DNA of 58,635 bases, counting the filler, from Sphacelaria rigidula (lineage: Eukaryota): assembly GCA_964200075.2 (NCBI GenBank). It is 5 parts of 5 records of this genome, joined end to end, with 100 filler letters (N's around TTAATTAATTAA, not from the genome) between each part and the next. Parts side by side here need not be neighbours in the genome. Positions count along the whole stretch, not along the records: positions 46,992 to 58,635 come from CAXNAA020004669.1; 4 more parts are not named here. One strand, 5' to 3'. Made by a program: the position numbers and the translations under genes. Numbering within the stretch: the first letter of the stretch is position 1; every line of letters begins with the position of its first letter. Below the pieces are notes generated by a model. The model did no database searches and was not told the origin of the DNA. It worked only from the letters and a program-made list of their open reading frames with translations. Below are positions 49,463 through 58,635 of this stretch, one piece after another.

Positions 49463-51485
49463 TGAGGAAATTGCAAAACGTGCGCTGAAGTATATAAAAG
49501 TCCGTGATTTCTTGATTAAGGTACAGAACAGCCCTTTTGGGGGGTTGTTTGCACGGTAAAAGACCCAGCCGATTCAGTTTTTCGAGTTGAGCAATGAGAA
49601 TTGGTACACATGTTCCTTGGGATACCACCTAACCCTACGATGTCAAACGTTTGGTGTTGGGGCATTCTCTACCGGTTTCCTGGGGTCTTTATGCTGGTAT
49701 CCCCGGAAGCCGGTAGAGAACGGATACACTTTGAAATCTTGCCAAGAATACAATTTCTCCATTTATAACATCAATACCTACGGAGCTGCCAAGTTTGAGG
49801 ACGATCTGAGCTTTTCTCCAACGGATAAAAGGGAAATCGTTACGAGGTCCCGTTGGTCGTTCGTACGTGTCATGAGTGGAAATTAGACGACGCCAAAGCT
49901 CCATATCACCGAAACATTACGGTTTTGGGGAGAATTCGACCCCGTTGGAGCCGTTTTCAAATCTATTTTTCCTGTTAGATTCCCAAGCTGATGACGGTTA
50001 CTACGATTTGAACCATGTGGAGATTCGGTGGAAATTGGGCTTGGAATTCGTGTTTCCAATTTCGGAACAATTTGAAAGGCGCTGATCGGTTGAGACGTAT
50101 TTTTGTCCATAGCGCCACCGCTGTAGCCTTGAACAAAAATCTGGCTATGTCACCCTTTTTGTCTGTTCATTGCGGTCAGTATGATACCACTTTCATGTAT
50201 ATTGGCTGGGTATTGCGTTCGTCATCAGCCGAAGTCAAAAGTTTGTGCGTTCAATCTGAACCAGCCTGTACTGTACACGATTATTTTTGCATGAACTCAC
50301 ATGTACTGTCGTACCACGGCGCATATCACTTTTCTGCCCGTCCGTGATTATCACAGCGTAGTCCACCTTCCTACAACGCAAACGTGTTGTTGCAAGCTTT
50401 CATTGCGAAGGTAGTGACACACGGAGTTGTATGGCGGGGGTTGTCAAGCTATGCTTAATATCACAGCTCCCGAGAGATTTGGTTGGTGGTATTTGGGGCC
50501 TTGGGTCTCGCCCGTAGTCGAACACTATGTTTACTTCTACTTGGCCTCGCGCGTCGAGTTGGAAAGCCGGGTGTCACCCCCTGAAGTCCGAATGGCGACC
50601 TGCGGCACCGGATCTCCTGAGGTCAGCCATATGAATTATGTTTTGTTTGTATCGCCTTTGGTGAGTTTTAATTTAGTTTTTTAGTTTTTATTTCCCCAAA
50701 CCTTATTATAGGTAGCTAGCCTGTGACCACGGAAGGCGTCCGCATCAGATGCCCAGTACGAATGTACCGCGCAGATGTCGGAACGGTTTTCAATGTGAAG
50801 ATGACAACAACAACAGATACATTATTATTAATATCATCATCATTGTGATGATTATGATTATTATTATGACTATTATTATCAAATATATTATTGGCGTAAA
50901 TGTCTCCGCGCTTGGTACTGGAATCAAGTAAGTCGTGTCGTCTTTGGGCCCACACTTTATCCAAATGATTGAATGATCCTTCTCGGAACAGTATTTTACA
51001 CCAAACGCTCGAACTGAAGAAAAAAAAACTGTCACTCATCTGGATCGCCCTGCACAAACAGGTCGAAAGATGACCCGTGGTAAACGGTCAAGTTGTATCT
51101 TTACCCATAGAATCTGAAAACCCGGTAGTCTGGACACTACAGATACGACGCACTGCACCCATGAACAGTAATTCAGTGTTTTTCGTCAGCATCGCAAAGC
51201 ACTGTACTGTCACTTAACCTGGACACCCATCGCCAAACAACGGGGGGTCCGACGCACGTGCGCTGCTGTCGGATGCTTTGTCACCTTACTGCCGGGTGGT
51301 TGTTCCCGCCTTGGATTTGAAAGCGATTTGTATATTGTTTGCTGAGCGCCGAACGTTCCCTGGGAAAGAGGTCGCTTTCCGTTCCAGATTTGAAGCACAT
51401 CGCACAGCCCTGAGAAACAGTGTTTACATTGCACAGCCCCCAGGGATAGTGATGCACAGCACTTCAATGTTTTTTGCCAGCATAA

Positions 51486-51710
51486 GACACTTTCTACGAT
51501 AGCCTCCCCCCCCCAAAGCAGCTAAAAGTGTCACGAAAAAAATGGCCATACAGCGCCTGATNNNNNNNNNNGGCGACATTGGCTAGAACGAACCTAAGCG
51601 TGGAAATTCCCAACTTCTCGTTGTGCTCGGCTTTTTCCATTTCGATTTACGTAAAGATTTTGACTCCCAAAACCATGCATGTTTTGGGGGGGGCTATCGT
51701 AAAAAGTGTC
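51486..51710. mobile_element. MITE (reverse copy of 43317-43582), 4-bp TSD ATAA
   Basis: ATAA|GACACTTTCTACGATAGCC...GGCTATCGTAAAAAGTGTC|ATAA. Confidence 0.9.
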
Positions 51711-52757
51711 ATAACAAAGCACTGTACAGCGAACCTGGACACCCATCGGCCAATAACGGGGGGTCCGACGTACGTGCGCTGCTAGAACGTAGCACAAGCA
51801 GGCCGAAAGATGATCCGTGGTGAACAGTCAAGTTGTATGTTCACCAATAGAATCTGAAAACCCGGTTGTCTGGACACCACCAGTACGACTGCACCCATGC
51901 ACAGCGATCCAGTGTTCCGTTTTTTTGCGTCACGGACCACCACCACCTACCCTGCACACCCATTGGCCAATAACGGTGGGTCCGACGTACGTGCGCTGCT
52001 AGAACGCAGTGTGAGGTGCGCTCTCCGCTCTCACCTATCTAACCAGCTGAACTGTGTACCACTTCGGTGGAATGTTGATCCCTATACTCCCTTGCGGATC
52101 TGTTACGCTACGTATGTACTTTCTGTAATACCCACCATCTCCGAAACACAAATATGCCTCTATGTCAAGAAGACGGTCCACGACTCCGTCTTGCGCGAAT
52201 TTTGTTGCGCAAACACTGCTGGTCCTCATCCACCACCACTCCAAACGAATTTTCCGTCAAATAAAGGCTGCTGTGTGTATATATATTATAGCAAGGGTAC
52301 CGCTAATGCGCATATATCATCAAGAAAATGCAACCTAATGCACTCATCTGTGCGTGTTTCTTTCGAGAATTCAAGCACCCACGTGAACGGCTGACGGTTT
52401 TGTATGTACCATACAACAGTAGCAGCACCACAGTGTGTACAGTAGTGCAATAGCTCCCTTGCGGGATTGGATGGACACTGGTGATACAGTAGTACGGCGA
52501 GAGTACTGAAGGAGAGGAGTGTTGACAGTATCTCTACCATCTGTATGTACAGACAGTTCAATAGCGGACACACCGTCGCTATTCTGGAAGTAGTACACTG
52601 CTGGTTGCCACCCGTGTCGGATAACCGAACAGCTGCTTGCTCGAAAAAACAACACCCAGATAGATGTAGCTAGCATGCCATCTTCATGCAACTCCGTCTT
52701 TTCCCACATGATGAAGGGTTCACAGACTAGGGGGTTTTGTGGCATATGGATACGAGT

Positions 52758-53310
52758 ATGTACTTTCGAGCACCACTGTGAAATCAAGACATGTGCGGAC
52801 AAATATATCTGCATGGTGTGTGTGCCGCACTGTATCACGATGATAGTGTACTGGAAACAATGCTGTGCGAAGGTGTTGGCAGCCCACAAGCGTGTGCGAT
52901 ACGTTCACCGGCGGTCTTCGTGCGATGTTGCTGCTGCTGTATTTGCCGCCAGGTCGTGATGACCCGTGTCTGCATGTGTGAGCTGGTGCTTGAGCACAAA
53001 CATGCTCACGCCCTGTCTTACATGCTGTTGAGCCATGCAATGTACTGTAGAGCACCACTGTAAAATCAAGATATTTGCGGGCAAATATCTCTGTGCGTCG
53101 TACGTGTCTCACATTACCATGATGATAGTGTTCGGGAACAATGCTGTGCGGAGGTTTTGGCAGCCTACAAGCGTGTGCGATACGTTCACCGGCGGTCTTC
53201 GTGCGACGTTGCTGCTGCTGTATTTGCCGTGAGGTCGTGGTGACCCGTGTCTGCATGTTTGAGCTGGTGCTTGAGCACAATCATGCTCACACCCTCTCAC
53301 ATGCTGTTGA
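52758..53310. repeat. ~283-bp tandem duplication
   Basis: GAGCACCACTGT.AAATCAAGA...CATGCTGTTGA occurs twice. Confidence 0.9.
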
Positions 53311-54909
53311 ACTGTCACTGAACTCTGGTGTGTTTAGGCCTCGCCAAGACGGTTTGGTCTCCGCTGGAACTGCCTGAGCTACCACCGCACTGCAGTGTTC
53401 GTCGCTGTAGAAAATAATCGTGGTGGTAGGCATGAAGTGCTGTCTGTACGCGGTTGAAAAGTTCATGGTGTGCTGGCTGCTTCATCTTCCGTAAAACAAA
53501 CGAGGCGTTGCCCACACCCATAATTTTTTTGGTGTAGTTGCGTTGTCGCTGTGCTGTTGAACGTTCGAACCCTCTTCGAACATAGTTGGATCTGCCCTGG
53601 AGAGTGCCTCAACAGCTGTACTGTTGTCGTGTTCCGGTCTGTACAGTGGAGTGGGCGGACTAAATGTTGGCTATACACAGTTGGAAAAATCACGTGGTAC
53701 CTGTAGAGCTGTTCACTCTGTCTTTTTCGGCACTTGACCCCTAAACCGCGAGTGTAGGTCACCAGCTGGATCGGCATCAATTTCATTTGAAAAAGTTTGC
53801 GTGATCCAGATGGGCTACCCGTACCGCGGTCTAATAGGGGCTAACTTCTGAGTGTCTATGGGCCAGTCATACGATTAGACGGCGTGGTGGTTTATCCATC
53901 AGGATCATGCACAGACGTTTTTCAAGTGAAATTGATGCCATGTCAACAAATGACCTACTCTCGCCGTCAAAAGGCGGGTGCTGTGATCGAGTACAGTAAG
54001 ACAGACAAGTCAGGTGCGTGCGGGTTGGGACAAACAAACTGGGCCAGCACTGACTGACGGCTGTGTCCTGAGCGATCGGCAATTGTTCATGGTCCCAGCT
54101 GTCTGTCTCGCAGCGGCGGAACGTGTGGATCAATTATCAATCAACAGCGAACTGATTTTATGATTTTAATATCGAATAAACTTTTCGAATGAAATATCAA
54201 CCCGTAGACACTTCTTATACGATCGAGTAATCAGAAAATGGATTATTCGAGAACTGCTCTTCTTGAGCTATTCATCACGGCTTTTGGGGAGCATACGGGC
54301 CTTGGCAGAATATGGGCCTTGGCGGAATTTGGCCCCCCTCTGGCAGACTTGTTACGCTTCCCAAGTGCATGCTAGCGCACATTCCCGATTTTTCGTCGCC
54401 CACTTCACTTTTGGCCGAATTCCCGAGTTTTTCTGCCGCCCCAAGACACTGAAAACTGGTCGTTGTTGGGGCAGTCATTTTCGAAAGTGATTATTAAAAA
54501 AGCGATCATCACTTTCGATAAGACCCCGCCTAAGGGCGCGTCTTCGGAAACGTACGGCCGCTACACGCGGCCATTCGGCTACACCCATAGAAATACTCTA
54601 TCGCGATTTTCATCCTCTCGAGGGTAAAATACCCTCTAGAGGATGTTTCATCCCAACGTGTGGTCATAAACGAACCCTCTGGGGGGTATATGATGCTCCA
54701 ATGGCTTTTGAGGTCGGAATCCCTCGAGAGTATCCTCAAAACTCCTCCGGAGGGATGCGCGGCCCTCCTGAAGCAAAAGAACCCTCTGGGGACGTTTCAT
54801 CCCACGCCTTTGCGGGCCGCGCACCCTCTGGAGGCGTTTCATTCCTCTGGAGGCTCGAAACAATAAGCGGAACAGGGTATTTTTGGGGGTAGCCGAACGA
54901 ACGCGTGTG

Positions 54910-54910
<1 letters not shown>

Positions 54911-55006
<96 letters not shown>

Positions 55007-55048
55007 GATGTTGATGTTGATGTTGATGTTGATGTTGTTGCTGTTGTT
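54911..55048. repeat. (GTT)n / (GTTGAT)n microsatellite
   Basis: Directly visible. Confidence 0.97.
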
Positions 55049-55535
55049 TTCACGTGAAAACTGTTCCAATATCTGTGCAGTGATAATCTCTACTGGATAT
55101 TTGATGCGGACGCCTTCCGTGGTCACATGAACTACCCAAATCAAGGTATGAGGGAAAAAACAAAAAGACGAATATATATATACATGTATATGATCGGACC
55201 CGGGAAATTCACAGACGCGATACAAAATAAAATGAAGTAAAAGTGCGGTGAAAAGAAGAAATACGAGCTGATGGCAAGTTACCTTAACATAAATGGCCAA
55301 ACACACGTACTGAGGAGATATTAGAAAGGGGAAAGAAAGGGGCCTGACGACATGGGTCGCTCTTCGTAAATTTTACCATGACCTTGCAAGGACGGGCGGT
55401 GTCGACTATATCCATACATGAACGTCAAAAAAGAGTCTGTCCGGACTATTATGATGGTTACGACAGGCCAGCGGGGTTCGAAAACATCGCAAATGACCAC
55501 CGCCAGGTGTTTCATAGCAATAGTATGATGTCAAC

Positions 55536-55781
55536 TATAGCCAAATGATACCAAGCCGCAGGTTTCAGTATGATCGCATGCATGATTGGAGCGGTGGCAG
55601 GAGACAGGGGATCCTCGATTAATAACCTTCATCTATTTGGCCCCTTCCTGTTTAGCTCTTGATGTGGTCTGGAGAGGGTCACTCCGTGATAATAACAAGT
55701 GAGAAGAAAGGACTTGTCGAGCACGAGGCCAGTACTACTGGAGGAGTCCCTCGTGGATAGTCCTCTTGTCCAGAGGCTACA
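55536..55781 (+). repeat. 5' LTR of gypsy element 2 (TATAGCC...GGCTACA)
   Basis: Terminal IR (TGTAGCC with one change); shares CACTCC.TGA and GAGGCCAGTA.TACT with LTR 1; similar length. Confidence 0.6.
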
Positions 55782-55978
55782 ATATCTAGATATTATTCTT
55801 CCGGCACTGTATTAGAGGAGTTTGGCTGAGGAAAGAGTGGCCTGCAGCTGAGAGCCAGTTTAGCCCGCAGACGGGAGGAGACCAACTTCAAGCGCACAGC
55901 CGTGGGAGACGCTCCGTAAGCTGGAGGACGCACAAGCCAGGCAAGAGTCTCTTTGTGAAGTGTCTGAACCATTAGGAC

Positions 55979-58635
55979 ATGGCTCAAGCGGCGGCAGCGC
56001 CACTGGTGTTAGGTGAGCCGCTAGACCCGTCAAGGTACGGCGAGGTGTGGACGGAGGAAGCGTCAAAACATTATCCATCCCAAATATCTTGACTACATAC
56101 AGCGTTTGAGTCTCGCAAATTCCCAGGGGATCGTGAGGCATGAGAGGGTGAGCATAGGTCAACTCATCCCTACCAATATTCACCGATGCTTCGAAGATAT
56201 GTACAAGGACCGTCGGACTATGACCCCCGACGAAAAGCTTGATGCTGTGAAGCAGCATGCCGGGTACACGACAACCGGCGGAAAGCATGACGCTGCGCGG
56301 GCTGCAGCAGACCTGCGTAGAGTTCTCATTATGTCACAAAGCAGTGGAAAATCTGTCAAGGACAGTGCGATGATGGTCAGTTCAGCTATGGAAAGGTTTT
56401 TCTCAGAAGACCTGATGGTGCAAGCCATGTACCGTGCGGAGGACAGGAGCTGCTCGCCAGGCCCGGGCGAGTTGGTTTCCACAGCTTTGGTAGACGGGAT
56501 TTCGCCTCCGGATTTCAAGGCATATGTTAGAGGTGTACCAACTTATGTTGACGGCTGGGAAAATAACCCGACGGTGGTGTTCAACAAAATATTTGATGCC
56601 ACCGAGCAGTGGAAGTTCATTGAAGCACGTAGCTGGCGCGATTCTGCAACAAGTGCAGGTGGTATGCGCCGCAAACAGCAACAGCAGCAGAAACAGCAGC
56701 CGTCTTCGCGAGCGTCGTCCACTCGCGCGTGTTACAACTGCGGCGACACCGGACACCTGATTAAGGATTGTCCAAAGCCTCGCGATCAAGGCGCTGCACA
56801 GGGCAATGCGCAAGATTCATCACGATCTCGGGGCGGTCGTCACGGTGGACGGGGCCGTGCCACTCACAATCAGGGACGCGGGCGCGGCGGCCGCGGCGGC
56901 CGCGGTAGCAAGCAATCGGCGGCGGATGGTGGTTCTTCCGCTGCTGTTTCTTCCACTACGTCATCAGGTGGTGACTCTGAATCTTATGGTTCGTCCGTGT
57001 CGGGGCGGACAGTGTACGTGGGAAATGCAAATAGTTCGGTGGGGAGTGCTGGAGCGAGTAGTTCGCAGCCCCTCGGCCAGGCAGGATCCGTGTCTGGTGC
57101 ATCTCTTACTGCTGCGACGGCTGTAACAGTGCCGTCTGCATATTCGGCGACTTGGTCTGGTTGGACGAACGATTCGCAGCTATCGATGCCGAGTGCTGGA
57201 GGGCAGCCCTGGCGTCAGGTGACTCTTGGTACAGAACAGGGTTCTTCGCCAGGCGTGGTACCTGTCGATCGCAACGCTGAATGCTTACGCTCAGATTTAT
57301 CCTTGCCCGGTTCTGTAGGTTCGTTCATGGCCCGCGTTATTCTGGATTCTGGGTCCGCGCTCACGTCGATCGGTGTGACGTTGCTAGAGCAAATGTCTTC
57401 GCAGTTTGGCGTCGCTCAGCATCAGATTCTATTCGAAAACGGACCACAAACGGCGCAGACCGCCACGGGTGCTCCCGTGACGGTTACACATCAAGCGGTG
57501 CCAATTACTGTTCGCGTGCGTACGCCGTGAGGGGCTGTGCAGTTGCAGCCCATTGCTTTCGCTGTCATGCCCGATAGGGACAACGTGGTTTTATTTGGGA
57601 TGGCGACGATGAAGGAGCTCGGGATTGATTTGTACCCGCTGGCGTTGGATAAGTTACGCCCGCGTGCTGTACCGGTGCAAACTGGCGTGGAAAATCCTAA
57701 CTATCTTGCTGCAAGGCGTGTGATCGTTTCCGTACGGTCATTTCAGAGCGCCAAGGAGGAGGAGGCTCCTGCGGATGAAGCGGTGGAGCGCTTGGTCGAT
57801 GGGGGGGCCGACATGTTTATGGACTCAGCGGAGGAAAGAGGTGCCTGAAAACGTGCGCTAGAGGATAGCGTGCAGCAGGCCGAACAGAAGGGCCTGAGCG
57901 CCGATGGCGCACATTGTCTGCGTGATATCTTGGCTCGTCGCGTGGATAAATTTCGTCGTGCGCTGCGTGGTGATTCGCCAGCGCGCGTAGAGCCCATGAG
58001 GGTGAAGTTCAAGCCACATGCAACTGCTGTGGAGGCCATACCCCGACGCGACGATCCCGTGACGACCGGTTGGTTTGCCTCATGCATCGCGGCTTTGGTG
58101 GCGTTTGGTTTGGTGGTAAGGAGCATCCAGGCTGTGTGGGCGAGTCCGGCGATGGCGGTGCCGAAGAGGGCACATTCCGTTTGGTCAGCGCATATGAGGC
58201 GGTGAACGCGCAAGCGGAACAGTCTCCGGGGGTGATGCCAAGCCAAGACGACATGCGGGAGTTGCTGGGAGCCCAATGCTTCGGCAAGTTGGACCTACCA
58301 CAGGAGTATTGGCAGATGCCTATGGTGCCGGAGGCTCAGGAGATCCTCACGATCGTCACACCTGACGGTTTGTTTACGCCAGGTACAGCTCGCTCAGTGA
58401 AGGTTCCTGCCGTGCCTGTTCATTATGTTGCCGTGTACAACCCGTGTGATGCCGATGACTCGCTGCCCTCGTTAGATGCCATTCGTACCGCGCAGCGTAA
58501 ACATTCGGCGACGGTGTTCACTCTTTTCCTACGACTTTCGGTCAAGCTACTTTGGCTAACGATGGTTTGCTCCGCGTGAGTGTTGGCAGTAGATATGTTT
58601 TGTGGTTTCCGTCGGATGATAAGGCTCTACAAACT
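55979..58635 (+). mobile_element. Ty3/gypsy element 2 (decayed): gag with CCHC knuckle, protease, truncated RT
   Basis: CYNCGDTGHLIKDC, ILDSGS, WASPAMAVPK, FGKLDLPQEYWQ...TPDGLFTP; then an apparent deletion of most RT/RNase H at ~58381. Confidence 0.9.

Noticed and set aside
54736-55306. Poly-T, poly-N and poly-L ORFs
   Set aside because: Translations of the (GTT)n microsatellite.
21035-58635. Gypsy 1 and gypsy 2 as two ends of one element
   Set aside because: They are on different contigs, both are 5' LTR plus gag-protease starts, and their LTRs are only distantly similar.

Overview
Eukaryotic, intron-rich and TE-rich DNA. It is most likely brown algal/stramenopile (inferred from intron style, TTAGGG-type repeat and TE types). 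The window is not one locus: five contigs of about 11.65 kb are joined by artificial N44-TTAATTAATTAA-N44 linkers. Contig 1 (1-11648) carries at least 7 phase-compatible exons of a VPS13-like lipid-transfer gene on the minus strand. Contig 2 (11749-23396) is a nest of insertions. A decayed Ty1/copia pol is interrupted by (i) a structurally complete Ngaro-type tyrosine-recombinase retrotransposon with split direct repeats A1...B1-A2-B2, a shared CAT crossover core and a 27-bp coding minisatellite, (ii) a MITE with a 4-bp TSD, and (iii) a Ty3/gypsy element. Contig 3 has exons of a K+ channel (TVGYGD, TPK-like). Contig 4 has exons of an RI-like LRR protein plus tRNA-SINEs and MITEs. Contig 5 is a repeat mosaic ending in a second, related gypsy element. 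The most unusual signals are three. Both gypsy elements have a perfect AATATC(TA)GATATT palindrome where a tRNA primer-binding site should be. A LINE family ends in C-runs and inserts into G/C runs. The recombinase integration footprint of the Ngaro element can be read in full.
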